64,000 nt of DNA from Heptranchias perlo (lineage: Eukaryota): NCBI RefSeq assembly GCF_035084215.1, contig NC_090326.1, forward strand, positions 155,558,001-155,622,000, written 5' to 3'. Made by a program: the position numbers and the translations under genes. The notes under the pieces are model-generated. The model searched no databases. It was not told the DNA's origin and saw only the letters and a list, made by a program, of their open reading frames with translations. Position 1 is the first letter of the stretch; each line of letters begins with the position of its first letter. Below, in pieces: positions 11,845-24,749 of the stretch.

Positions 11845-12484
11845 TTAAAATAAAATTGCTGGACTATAACTTGGTGTTGTAAAATTGTTTACAATTGTCA
11901 ACCCCAGTCCATCACCGGCATCTCCACATCATGACTACTAAGCGAATGTTGGTTGAGGGATAAATATTGGCCACAACACCAGGAAGAACTCCCCTGCTTT
12001 TCTTTGAAATAGTGCCATGGGTTCTTTAACATCCACCTGAGAGGGCAGATTGGGCCTTGGTTGAATGTCTCATTTGAAATATGCCACCACCAACAGTGCA
12101 GCTCTCCCTCAGTACTGTACTGCAATGTCAGTCTAGATTATGTGCTTAAGTCTCTGGAGTGGGTTTTGAACCTGCAACCTTCCAAATAACAGAGACAAAA
12201 GTGCTACCACTGAGCCAAGGCTGACCTAAAATACCCTTTGATTTTACTTGTTGATCTATTTTCTGCTGTCTTTTGGTGTTGTGTATGAATTTTCCTTTAA
12301 ACAGTGAATGTTAACGGCCTTGTGAGATGAACTGGTTTGGTGGAGTTATTCCGTGTGACTGTGAGGGGGCTGAATTGATATCAATAGAAATAGTCATGAA
12401 TTCAGGATGGTTTGGCCATTGGATCATTCAACTGTGTATGTTAACTGGCCACATCTCAGTGGCCAGTGTTCTTAATGGTTACGT

Positions 12485-12720
12485 GACATAGAATTACATA
12501 GAATGTACAGCACAGAAACAGGCCATTCGGCCCAACAGGTCCATGCAGGTGTTTATGCTCCACACGAGCCTCCTCCTGCCCTACTTCATCTCACCCTACG
12601 AGCGTGTCCTTCTATTCCTTTCTCCCTCATGTGCTTCTCCGCTAGTCACCTCAACTACTCCTTGTAGCGAGTTCCACATTCCAACCACTCTCTGGGTAAA
12701 GCAGTTCCTCCCTATTTGTA
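12485..12720 (-). mobile_element. CR1 3' fragment
   Basis: catagaat tail, acaggccattcggccc 3'UTR, accactctctgggt. Confidence 0.8.
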
Positions 12721-12845
12721 TTTATACTTTATGGAGGGCTGTAAACCACATCTTCATTCCGTGAAGTAGCACTATTGTAAAATATCAGCCCAAATTGAGA
12801 CAACGCTGAGATTGTGACTGTAAGCAAACCAGGGGCAAAGATATA

Positions 12846-13791
12846 GGGCGCTACATTGGACCGTGTAGCGCCCGTTGTTTCGGCGCTACCCGGCCTCTCT
12901 GACATCCAAGATGGCGTCTTGGATGCGCACGCGCGTGATGTGTGCCAGACGCCATCTTGGTATAGAAGTTAGCGCATGCGCTAATCCCGAACGCTGGAAG
13001 CATGTAAAGTAGGGAGAAAATGGCTGCAATCAGTGTGCAACACTGATTTAAAGTGATAGACACAATTTTCAACCTTAACGCTCAACTCAACGGACAGTCT
13101 TATCCCCGACCATCTAAACGTTTCTTACAGTGCCCGAAGGACCCCCCACCAGCGCTATTTAAAGGGCCATGCAGGTGTTGCAGGTTAGTTGCTGGATTAT
13201 TGCTTCTGGCTGCTGGAGGAGTAGGAAGTGTTTTTTGAAGCTCCCTATTCTTATTGAGAGCTCATACACTACATTTGAGAGTGCTTTGGCAGGTTTTGCC
13301 TTACGGGTCAGAAAGTTACAACCCTGGTGGAACAACGTTCCTGCCAACCATGGGCGGTCTGCTAGGGCTCCCGCTGGGCATTGAACATGACCGGGAGCAT
13401 GCAGAGAGGCCATGCCCAGCAGGTCAAGCTGCGAGGAGACGGAGGACACGGAGGCGCAGGGCACTGAGCAGGAGGCCCTACCCAATGAGGGCCTTCAGGG
13501 ATCAATTCTCTTACCTCAACGTGACCGAGGAGGATTGCATCCGACGCCTGAGGCTCACCAAGGAAGCCGTCACCAAGAAGTGCAGGCTGCTGATGACGTG
13601 CGCTGTGCACGCCCCATTTCCAACTTCCTCATTCTCCGTGCAGCCTCTCAGCAGCGAGGACTGCGCTGGCTGCACCGAGATTTCATGGTAAGTAGCAGGC
13701 AGCATGAAGGTCACGTGCTGCCTGCGTAGGGTCCTTCGGGCGCGGGATGCACTGCCATCGCCCAGAACGGACCCTTATCCAATTTCCCCCC
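12846..13791 (+). mobile_element. Internally deleted PIF/Harbinger DNA transposon with the N-terminus of a HARBI1-like transposase (about 13350-13595)
   Basis: RRPYPMRAFRDQFSYLNVTEEDCIRRLRLTKEAVTKKCRLL resembles the Harbinger nuclease N-terminus; imperfect TIRs gggcgctacattgga / tccaatttccccc. Confidence 0.75.
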
Positions 13792-13812
13792 ACAAAATAT
13801 AAATTGCTTCGT

Positions 13813-13905
13813 GTTCCATTGAACAAGCACATTGGATTCCATTGAACATCTGTATTGGATTCCATTGAACATCTGTATTGGATTCCATTGAACGTCTGTA
13901 TTGGA
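13813..13905. repeat. 23-bp tandem repeat, about 4 copies (attccattgaacatctgtattgg)
   Basis: attcc at 13836, 13859, 13882. Confidence 0.9.
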
Positions 13906-14487
13906 ATACAGTACTTTTTAAATGGAAGGTGATTCCTTTAAAACATATATTCTTAACTGATTTGGGGGAAAAAATAGCAAGTATGAGCTTTGTTAACAGC
14001 TTGGTTCAGTTGGTAATAGTTGTAAAATGTTTCACCTAGCGGCTGAACTGGGTCTGACAGAGGTGGTGGGTTGAAATCCCAGCATGGCAATTTGTGGAAT
14101 TGAATTCAATAAAGCGAGTAATTTGTAGACTAGTTTCAGAAAATGACCATGAAAAGCTCCTGGATTGTTGTAAAAACCCAACTGACTCACTAATGTCCTT
14201 CAGGGAAGGGAGCCTGCCACCCCTACTCAGTGTACCCCACATGCAACTCCAGTTCCACACTATGTGGTTGACTTAGGGCAACTAGGGATGGGCGACAAAT
14301 ATTGCCTTGTCCAGGGTTGCTGTGCCCCAAGAACAAACAAGAAAATAAAAAGCTGTGCCCCGCCACCCCAATGAGTCGGCTGAGTAACGCGTTTGTTTTT
14401 CCTCCTGGTGGGCCCTTAGCTTGGCTGTATTCTGAATTGTCAGCCTAGGCCTTGAAATGCTCTTCTCACTGAGTTCGAACATGTGCT

Positions 14488-14815
14488 TAGAATCATAGAA
14501 TCATAGAAGTTTACAACATGGAAACAGGCCCTTCGGCCCAACATGTCCATGTCGCCCAGTTTATACCACGAAGCTAGTCCCAATTGCCTGCACTTGGCCC
14601 ATATCCCTCTATACCCATCTTACCCATGTAACTGTCCAAATGCTTTTTAAAAGACAAAATTGTACCCGCCTCTACTACTGCCTCTGGCAGCTCGTTCCAG
14701 ACACTCACCACCCTTTGAGTGAAAAAATTGCCCCTCTGGACCCTTTTGTATCTCTCCCCTCTCACCTTAAATCTATGCCCCCTCGTTATAGACTCCCCTA
14801 CCTTTGGGAAAAGAT
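14488..14815 (-). mobile_element. CR1 3' fragment, young family
   Basis: Near-identical to 56800-57125. Confidence 0.9.
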
Positions 14816-15089
14816 TCTTTCTTGTTCTCGTGCCTCTTGGGATCAGGGATGTGATGGTTGGACCCTGGCTCCTTCCCTGCCCAAGCGTTGTCCAGCAGAG
14901 CTGCCAATTTGACTGCTACCACCCCCCTGAATGTGGGCCCCTCGAAACTAGCTCCTGCCAAGCCCAGAAGGATGAGATATTCCGGTCCCTAAGGTGTGAA
15001 TGTTTGCTGGAGAATGTTTTACAATGAACCTCCATTGTCTGAGGCCATCTGGACAGATGCTTTGTCTGACTTCAGATCCATGTCTCTAG

Positions 15090-16082
15090 CATAGAATCAT
15101 GGAATCATAGAAAGGTTACAGCACAGAAGTAGGCCATTTGGCCCATCGAACCCATGCCGACTCTTTGTAAGAGCAATCCAGTTAGTCCCATTCCCCAGCT
15201 TTTTCCCCATAGCCCTGCAAACCTTTTTCCTTCAAGTATTTATCCAATTCCTTTTTGAAAGCCACGATTGAATCTGCTTCCACCACCCTTTCAGACAGTA
15301 CATTCCAGATCATAACTACTCGCTGTGTAAAAAAGTTTTTCCTCATGTCGCCTTTGGTTCTTTTGCCAAACACCTTAAATCTGTGTCCTCTGGTTCTTGA
15401 CCCTTCCACCAATGGGAACAGTTTCTCTTTATTTACTTTATTTAAACCCTTCATGATTTTGAATACTTCTATCAAATCTCCTCTTAACCTTCTCTGTTCC
15501 AAGGAGAACAACCCCAGCTTCTCCAGTCTATCCACGTAACTGAAGTTCCTCATCCTTGGTACCATTGTAGTAAATCTTTTCTGCACCCTCTCTAAGGCCT
15601 TCACATCCTTCCTAAAGTGCAGTGCCCAGAATTGGACACAATACTCCAGCCGTGGCTGAACCAGTGTTTTATAAAGGTTCAACATAACTTCCTTGCTTTT
15701 GTACTCTATGCCTCTGTTTATAAAATGCAGGATCCCGTATGCTTTTTTAACTGCTTTCTCAACCTGTCCTGCCACCTTCAAAGATTTGTGCACATATGCC
15801 CCCAGGTCTCTGTTCCTGTACCCCTTTAGAATTATACCATTTAATTTATATTGCCTCTCCTCATTCTTCCTGCCAAAATGTATCACTTTGCACTTCTCTG
15901 CATTAAATTTCATCTGCCATGTGTCCGCCCATTCCACCAGCCTGTCGATGTCCTCTTGAAGTCTATCACTATCCTCCTCACTGTTTACTACACTTCCAAG
16001 TTTTGTGTCAACTGCAAATTTTGAAATTGTGCCCTGTACACCCAAGTCCAAGTCATTAATATATATCAAGAAAAGCAGTGGT
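15090..16082 (-). mobile_element. 5'-truncated CR1, RT C-terminal half in one open frame (15182..16087)
   Basis: PLLFLIYINDL...KFAVDTKL (FADD mutated)...FFTQRVVMIWN. Confidence 0.95.
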
Positions 16083-17674
16083 AGCATGTGGTTATTTTGT
16101 AAATCTAACCCCTTAAAAACAAACCTTAACTTAAAAGCACATTTTAAGATAAATTACATCAAGCCCCCTTCCCATGTTAAAACAGCTGGCAATCGCTAAA
16201 TGTGATAGCGGTATTAGTAATGAATAAGTTAATACATTTGTCATAGTCCATTATTGAAGCAAAGGCATTAACCTGTTTATATTAGGACATTGTTACTAAT
16301 ATTGTACAGCACAATTTCAACCCCAATATCTTAAAAGGACCCTGTCTCCACTGTAAGGCATCTTGCAACAAAATTTGCTTTTGTTTGTACGAGTCGGGGG
16401 GAATGGGAGGGGGGGGCTACGTGACCTGATCAGCATTGTGATAGTGTAATTGAAGCATCGATCACCTCATGGTGCTAGTAACACATGTCTTCTTTTAAAT
16501 CGTGATCTCAGTAAAAAAACATTACATGCTCCAGTGGACAGAATGTTTGTAACTTTCCTTGGCATGAATGTAGTAGAGTGTCAGCCGCGATTCTGCAGCA
16601 GGCTGCTCCTGGAAACTCCTCAATATGGCGACAATGCCCCCCTTTGACACGATGAGGTTGGCTGAGCTGAATGGCCCTTTTCCTCTTTCCATTGGTCTGA
16701 TGGCCAATTTTCCAATTAATACTATTATTTTTAAAGAGTGCAGCCATTATCAATAACAGGCTTACAAATTCTCGAGTTCCACTTCATCTGTTTAACAAAT
16801 CCTATAGATTTGTCTTCGCACTGCAATCCTACCCCACTGCCATCGTAGACAGGCTGGGCTGGGCACCTACAGTGCAGACTGAGGACTGTGTTAATCCAAC
16901 CCCAATTCTTTCACACTCGAAGCGTGCTTTAAAACTGCTGGTCGCGGCTGTGTGAGTCTCTCGTTACTCGCTGTTGGGACATCTTTCCCGTGTGTTTTGA
17001 TTTGTTTCCTGAGGGACTCCTTAAAGTCTTTTCAGACATTAAACTCCTTCATGACGCTCTGCTGGGGGCTCGCTTGACACTCGTTCAGCTCTGATCTCTG
17101 GCTCTGTTTAGCTGACTGCTCGCTCCATGCATTGGCAAGTCCAGCTCAACCCTCTCCCTGTCTATACCTCCGCCCTGAAAGAAAGGGGCTAAAAGGGTTA
17201 GGTTATGAGGGCAGGTTGCGTAGACTAGGCTTGTATTCCCTTGAGTACTGAAGATTGAGGGGCGATCTAATCGAGGTGTTTAAGATGATTAAAGGAGTGT
17301 GATGGCTCCTGTGGTTGAATTGCCTGCCAACAATCACTTTCCCTGCTCACATAGGAAAAACGGAATAGGGGTTGCAGCATTTGCGTGGAGTCAGGAACTC
17401 TACATGTAGGGTTAAAAACCTGTCCTCCGATAAAGCTATAGGGATGTGAGTTTAAGCCAATTGTGTGAGATGGAGAAACGAAGCTTAGAGCATAAGGGGG
17501 AGGGGTTAAAAATAAGTGAGGAGGCAAAGCTGTCAAATAGTGAGCTCAAAGTGGGAGTATAGAGGGACCAACCTTAGGACAGATAGCACAGAGATTAAGA
17601 AGGATAATGAAGGAAAGAGTAATAAAAAATAGAAGGAAAAAGAGAGTACTGAGGAATTTGAGTGGATCAACAAC

Positions 17675-17995
17675 AATTTTCATTTATTTAGCGCCTTTAA
17701 CGTAGTAAAACGCCCCAAGGCGCTTCACAGGAGAAAACAAAATTCGATACCGAATAACATAAAGAGATATTAGGACAGGAAACCAAAAGCTTGGGCAGAG
17801 GAGTAGGTTTTAAGGAGTGTTTTAAAGGAGGAGAGAGAGGTAGAGAGGCAGAGAGGTCTAGGGAGCAAATTCTAGAGCTTCGGGCCTAGGCAGCTGGAGG
17901 CACGGCCGCCAACGGTGGAGCGATGAAAATCGGGGATGCGCAAGAGGCCAGAATTGGAGGAGCGCAGAGATCTCGGAAGTTTGTAGGGCTGGAAA
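17675..17995 (-). mobile_element. L2 LINE 3' fragment
   Basis: rc of the L2 end seen at 35500-35855, with caacaac tail. Confidence 0.8.
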
Positions 17996-17999
17996 TGTA

Positions 18000-18930
18000 G
18001 CTGCCTGAATAGAGAAATGGCCAGGACACAGAAAGTAAAGAGTGGGGTAGATTAGCAGGATATAGTTAGCCGTGGATTACGGGAATCTTTGCTGGGACAT
18101 AGTTTGAAACGCTATTTATAGAAATAGTTTGGACATAGGCACTAGAAGAATGATACTGAAGATTGCTGAAGATACCAAATTAGGAAGCATACAAACTGTG
18201 AGGAGAAATGCAAGAGGACATAAGCAGTGAGTAGACAGGTTCAATTCAGAGACAATTGGGAAAAAGAAAAAGGAAAGGAAGTTTACGCTAAATTGGAAGA
18301 TTCTTAACAGATTGGAGGAGCAGAGAGCTCTAGGGGTGTAGTTAAGTAGATCGTTAAAGATGGGAGTGTAGTTAAAAAAGGCTATAAAAGGCAAATGGGT
18401 TTTATACATGGAATATAAAAGCAAGGAAATGATACTGATTTTGTACAATGGATTGGTTAGATCACATTTGGAGTTTGAATGCAGCTCTGAGCACCCCATT
18501 ATAGGAAGAATATTAGAGCCATAGTAGGAGTACATTGAGGATTCACGAGAATGGTATCGGGAATGGCAGGCTACAGGGAGCCGACAGAAAGGTTTGAAAC
18601 GTTAGGGCTTTTTCACTGGAAAAAGAAAGTTAAGGGGAATCTAATAAAATATTTCCAGATTGTGGAAGATTTTGAGAAGGCAAATAGTGAAAGATTCTTT
18701 CCACTGGTTGGCGAATTGGTAACATGGGGCCACAGATTAAGGATCATCAGTTAAGAGTTGGAGGGGGAAGATAGAAGATTTTCATACAGAGAACATGGAA
18801 TGTTTTATTTCAAGTGGCTATTAAAGCACAGACTATATAAAAGTGAGTTGTAAAAGTAATTAAAAAGGAACAATATAAAAAGGATACAGGAAAAGGACAG
18901 GGAAATGGGATTAGAGTAGTGAGCTGGAGA
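18000..18930 (+). mobile_element. Highly degraded CR1 ORF2 remnant
   Basis: Traces of KIAEDTKLG, YKSKEMIL, RSHLEF and RGH motifs with many stops. Confidence 0.65.
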
Positions 18931-18934
18931 AGGA

Positions 18935-21040
18935 CGAGCCTCCATGCACATCCCCATCCTCAATAATGGTGGGGGTGAGTGCAAGAGCAAGGTTGAAATG
19001 TTTGCAAGTGTCTTCAGCCAATGGTACTGAATGGGTAATTCTGCTTGGCCTCCTTCCAAGGTCCCCACCATCATAGATACTAGTGTCCAGCCAATTCGGT
19101 TTCATTCCGCAGGACATTAAAAAGCGGTTAATTGCACCGGACACAGCAAAGGCTATGGACCTTGGCAACATCTCAGCATTTGTGATGAAGATCTGTGCAC
19201 CAGAGCTAGTCGCTCTCCCAGCTAAACTGTTGCAGTACAGCTGTGACATGGACATCTAACCAACAATATGTCCTATCCACGAAAAGCAGGACAAATCTAA
19301 CCTGGTCATTTACCACCCGATTAGCCCTCCTCCAAATCATCAGCAAATTGATGGAAGGAGTCACCAATACTGCCATCAAGCATCACTTACTCACCAACAA
19401 CTGACGCTCAGTTCCACCAGAACCACTTGGCACCAGACCCCATCGCAGCCATGGTCCAGACGTGGTCGTGACAGCTGAATGCCAGAGAGAAGTGAGAATA
19501 GCTGCCCTCGACAAGTAACATTCGACTGAATATGGCACCCAGGTGCCCTAGCACAACCAAAGTCAGTGGGAGTCAAGGGGGAAACTCTCCAATGGCCGGA
19601 GCCGTACCTGACGCAAGACAAGATGGTCGAGGCTGTTGGATGCTCATCATCATAGCCCCAGAACATCGCTGCAGATGTTCCACAGGGAAGCGTCCTCAGC
19701 CTGATCATCTTCTGCCGACCTTCCCTCCATTATAAGGTCAGGAGTGGAACTGTTCGCTGACATTTCCACAGTGTTCAGCAACAGTCACAACTCTTTCAAT
19801 AATGGAGCAGCCCATGCCAGCCTACAGCAGGACCTGGACAACAGGCGGGCTTGGGCCGACAGGTGACAGGTGACACTTGCGCCACATGAGTGTCAAGTAA
19901 TGACCACCTCCAGTCACCGCCCCTTGACCTTCAATGTCACCACCACTGCTAAGTCTACCATCGTCAATCTCCTGAACCAGCTGTATCAACACTGTGGCTA
20001 CAAGAACAGGACAGAGGCTGGATACTCTGTGTACAAGTGGCTCACCTCCTGATCCCTCAACGCGTCTCCACCAACTACAAGACTCAAGTCGGGAGTGTGA
20101 TGGAATGCTCACCACTCGCCTGGGTGAGTGCAGCCGCAACAACACTTAAGAGGCTCGATACCATTCCAGGTATGGAAGGATTGTCTTATGAGGAAAGATT
20201 GAACAGGTTGGGTCTATACTTATTGGAGTTTAGAAGAATGAGAGGAGATCTTATTGAAATATACAAGATTCTGAGGGGACCTCGATAGGGTAGATGCTGA
20301 GAGGATGTTACCCCTCATGGGGGAATCTAAAACTAGGGGGCATAGTCTCAGAATAAGGGGTCGTCCCCCTTTTAAGATGGAAATGAGGAGGAATTTCTTC
20401 TCCCAGAGGGTCGTAAATCTTTGGAATTCTTTAACCCAAAAAGCTGTGGAGGCTGAGTCATTGAATACATTCAAGGCTGAGTTAGACAAATTTTTGATCA
20501 GCAAGGGAGTCAAAGGATATGGGGAAAGGGCAGGAAAATGGAGTTGAGGTAAAAATCAGATCAGCCATGATCTCATTGAATGGCGGAGCAGGCTCAAGGG
20601 GCCGAATGGCCTACTCCTGCTCCTATTTCTTATGTTCTTATGTCCACCCCCTTCATCACCAGTGCTCCGCGGCTGCAGTTTGTACGATCTACAGGATGCA
20701 CTGCAGCAGCCCACCAAAGTTCCTTCGGCAGCACCTCCCTCCCCTGTGATCTCGGCCACCAAGAAGAGCATGAGCAGCAATGTTATGGGAACACCGTCAC
20801 CTCCATGTTCCTCTTCAAGTTACACACTATCCTTAGTAGGTCTTACTTTGCCGTTCTTTCATTGTTGCCGGTCCAGAATTCTGGAATTCCCTACCTAACA
20901 CCATTGTGGGAGCACCATCACCATTGGGACTGCAACAGTTCATGGAGAACGTCCACCACTGCCTTCTCATGGCAACCAGGGATGGTCAATAAATGCAGCC
21001 TTGCCCGTGTCTCCCATATCCCAAGGAACAATTTTTTTTT
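18935..21040 (+). mobile_element. Degraded copy of the second CR1/L2-superfamily LINE, interrupted by a CR1 fragment at about 20165-20643
   Basis: Collinear with 61120-62880 (KQDKSN, PQGSVL, YKTQVGSVMECSPLAW, gggatggtcaataaatgc). Confidence 0.85.
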
Positions 21041-21255
21041 AAAGTACCAGTTGAAGAGGTAAAGAGGTGCGATGAGACAAATGGCCTCCTTCTGTGTTAT
21101 ATTTATGATTCTCTGCTCTAGGTAGAGGTGGCATGGTGTCTACAGAAACCATATTAGTCCTTACTGTCCCCTCTCCCCCCCCCCCAAGACCAGGCTTCAT
21201 ACCTAGCTGGCTTGTGTCAATGAGAAGGTGTATCCCACATTTGTATCTCAAACCA

Positions 21256-21632
21256 GGCGGTTTAGGGGTGATCTTATAGAAGTCTATAAAATAATGAGGG
21301 GCATAGATAAGGTAGATAGTCAAAATCTTTTCCCAAAGGTAGGGGAGTCTATAACGAGGGGGCATAGATTTAAGGTGAGAGGGGAGAGATACAAAAGGGT
21401 CCAGAGGGGCAATTTTTTCACTCAAAGGGTGGTGAGTGTCTGGAACGAGCTGCCAGAGGCAGTAGTAGAGGCGGGTACAATTTTGTCTTTTAAAAAGCAT
21501 TTGGACAGTTACATGGGTAAGATGGGGTATAGAGGGATATGGGCCAAGTGCAGGCAATTGGGACTAGCTTAGTGGTATAAACTGGGCGACATGGACGTGT
21601 TGGGCCGAAGGGCCTGTTTCCATGTTGTAAAC
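21256..21632 (+). mobile_element. CR1 3' fragment, young family
   Basis: GDLIEVYKIMRGIDKVDSQNLFPKVGE identical to the 56884..57984 ORF. Confidence 0.9.
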
Positions 21633-23904
21633 AAGAAAAGAAAAAAAAAGAAAAAGGCCTGTCCACCTACCTTTCCCCATGATAAAGCACCTGTGGGACA
21701 TTCGTTATACACTTGTTGTATATGGAGCTGGAGACATGTGTTCCCCGCCCTCCCTCACATTTTCCACAGACCCAATCCACCCTGATCCTTCACCCCTCCC
21801 CCACGCAGCTGAAAAGAACCTGCGATCAATGTACAAAGAGCAAGGCCCCAACTCAACCACTGCCCATAGAAACATACTGACCAAACCTCACCCACACCCA
21901 ATACCCAAAGTGTCTTTAACGTACATCTAAACGGTTAGTTCCATTCAATCAGCAGACATGCAATTGAATATTTAGCCTACAATCTGCAGCTGAGTCTCAA
22001 CCTAAACACACCACGAATGGAACAAATTGCGGCCAATATGAACTGAAACCGCACCCCAGTTGGCTGCGGGCTGGCTGTATACTCATTGTACAGAATAAGC
22101 GAAAGTAAACCCTCAACCCCCCCACACTAAGGGTGGAGCAAATGGAGCTGCAGTGTATCTGTGCAAATGTGCTCCCGATCTTTCCCAAACAGATTGGAGT
22201 TTGATGTGTGGGAGCAGGTTCAGAATCAAAGTGCAGTAAACCAGAGGGCTGAGCAAACCAGCCCTCAGCTTTGGCTGTTCAGCTCTGCTCAATGTGAACA
22301 TGATCAAAGTCTATTAAGCTTGGGAGCCAGATTCAAACGGCTCACACTGGGTGTTAGATTTCAATCTCTTTCTATGCTGGGTTTGGTGCCTTAGTCTGGG
22401 GTCAGTGATGGAATGCACACTGTCAGAACAAGAGGAGCAGGTCTGTTTTTGACATCTATCCCTTGGATAATTGTGATTCTCGAGATAGGCAGCTCCCGTT
22501 GGCCTCACAGTGGGGTACTTCCACAGCTGCAATTGTTGTTCTTCTGCACACGCTCACATCACCGATGCTGCGTCATTTAAAAAAAATATATATAATCTTT
22601 TAAACCATTTGCCAGGCACGTGAACTTTGCTGTGAGTCACAGGTCATGACCCTCCCTGCTCGGGGAGAATCTGAACTGAGCTTTTGAAATTCCAAGGGTG
22701 TAATTTATGCACAGAATCCATTGCACTTTTACGTGGGCAAACTGAGGTCGGATTTGGGCAGACGTTTGGGCCTGGTCTGCCCAGTGCAGCCACTCTCAAA
22801 TTAAAATAGGAAGGACAGGGTTAAAAACTCAAACTTTGCTCCTCGTTCATTCTTCAGTTCTATGTCACTTCATGGTTCAGATTCGCAAAGCAATTTAACA
22901 TCGATGTACACTTACCAGAAACCAGAGCCCAGAATGTTAAACCTTCAAGTCTTGAGCCTGAAGGGAATTCGACTAAATGTTGGGTTTTGGCTTTGATTTC
23001 TGAATCAGTTTTTTCTGCCAATCCCCTACAATGACAATTAATTAAGGGGAACAAATTAAGGGGAATTTGTTCCCCCTTTTCCAAGTGCAAATTAGGTTAA
23101 AGTTGCCATTCGTTTTACTCTTGCGGTTTGCTCTTCTGCGTTCGGCCCTTTTCGTGTGGGGGGTCCTGCAAGTTGTCATCATCATCAAAAGAAGACAAAT
23201 GAAGAGTTTCAATTCCGTGCCCAGCCATCGCACATGGAGCTTGCAATCACCAACTGAGTCACTTCAGATTATTCTCCTCGGAAAACTCGTTGCTGAGATA
23301 CAGCACGGATTCCCGAAGAGGAGGTGATTGTACTCCGGCCTGAAAGTAAAATGAATGAAAGATTTACAAGATAAAAAGAGCCTGTCAGGAGACAATGACA
23401 GACAGAGCCCGCAACGAGATGATGATTCTGCCTTCATTTCCACTCCGCTATCTTGATGTCACTTCACATCTGTGACCTTACCTTTTAATTACACTGCATG
23501 TTGAGTTTGCTTCACAATTCAGCTAAAGCAAAGAAGGAGATTGAAATGATGTCTTTGTTTAGAGGTAACCGCTCAGAAATCCCACATCCAAGGTTTTCAG
23601 TTTCAAATCTGGCGCATATGTCTCTTTTAATAATAAAGCCTGTGTAGATCAAAGGGGGAATTCTCTGTCCCTTTCTGAGCCTTGAAGCTTTAGCTGAAAT
23701 CTGGAACAGAAGTGCTGGTACACATTTCTCTGTGTTCCCTGCTATAAACATTTCCATCTCCTTCATTTGCCTTTTAGTACCTGTTTCAGCTTCTTCTGGT
23801 GCTAATTTGTTTATTTATGATTCTTTTAAATCATTGCGATTGATTTTGCATTTATAAATCTGATCTGAAATTTACAAATGGCTGCCTGGCTTGGATTTCA
23901 TGAA

Positions 23905-24372
23905 AGAAAGAAAGAAACAGAAAGAAAGAACTTGTATTTATATCGCGCCTTTCATGATCTCGGGAAGTCCCAAAGCGCTTTTTAGCCAAATAAGTATTTT
24001 TTGAAGTGTAGTCACTGTTGTAATGCAGGAAACGCAATTTGTGCACAGCAAGGTCCCACAAACAGCAATGTGATAATGACCAGTTAATCTGCTTTAGTGA
24101 TGTTGATGAGGGATAAATATTTGCCAGGACACCGGGGAGAACTCCCCTGCTCTTCGTCAAAATAGTACCATGGGATCATTTACATCCACCCGAGAGGACC
24201 TCGGTTTAATGTCTTAACTGAAAGACGGCACCTCTGACAGTGCAGCACTTCCTCAGTACAGCACTGAAGTGTCAGTCTAGATTTTGTGCTTATGTCTCTG
24301 GAGTGGAACTTGAACCCACAATCTTCTGACTCAGAGGCAAAGAATGTTACCCACTGAACCACAGCTGACACT
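23905..24372 (-). mobile_element. Deu-domain SINE, full length
   Basis: rc SINE with (gaaa)n tail. Confidence 0.85.
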
Positions 24373-24749
24373 AAGGCAAGCATGTTGACTTAAATATTTG
24401 AAGAAAGATAAAAAAAGACCACGTTATTTTGAGTAACCCTTCCCCACAAACCCAGTTTATTTCCCTCAGCGCACAATATAATAGAGGCCCTCCTTTTCTG
24501 AGGGAAGGGGGAAAAGTAAGGAACAGAGCCTCAGACACCTTTGTTTTCTCATGGCCAGTAGATAGTAACCCTCTCACTAACCAGGATATTTGCCACTGTG
24601 GACTTTACTGTGGACTACACCCTCCCTAAACAGAAAGGTCTCTCAGATCTCCCAGTGTGGAAAGATCCTTATATACTTTGGAGCTGTCTTATTTGGATAA
24701 AAAATCCAGGGACGCAGCTGATTTAATAGTGGACTATAAATAACATGCT

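Larger units (their letters stand above)
10996..11938 (+). mobile_element. Fold-back PLE insertion, family A: about 440-bp inverted arms, 16-nt spacer, 45-nt tail; encodes the GIY-YIG endonuclease C-terminus
   Basis: Arms 10994-11435 and 11452-11893 nearly identical; the minus arm translates KIVEQKLIAKFRTHEDGLNRDLGFMSRY, typical of the PLE GIY-YIG end; 13-bp TSD at 10983-10995 and 11939-11951. Confidence 0.9.
10860..12226 (-). mobile_element. Deu-domain SINE split by the PLE hairpin insertion
   Basis: SINE 3' part 10860-10995 and 5' part 11939-12226 join through TSD taagcgaatgttg. Confidence 0.85.

Noticed and set aside
10994-11893. Assembly fold-back artefact
   Set aside because: A 13-bp TSD in a split SINE, small arm differences and two more copies with the same design
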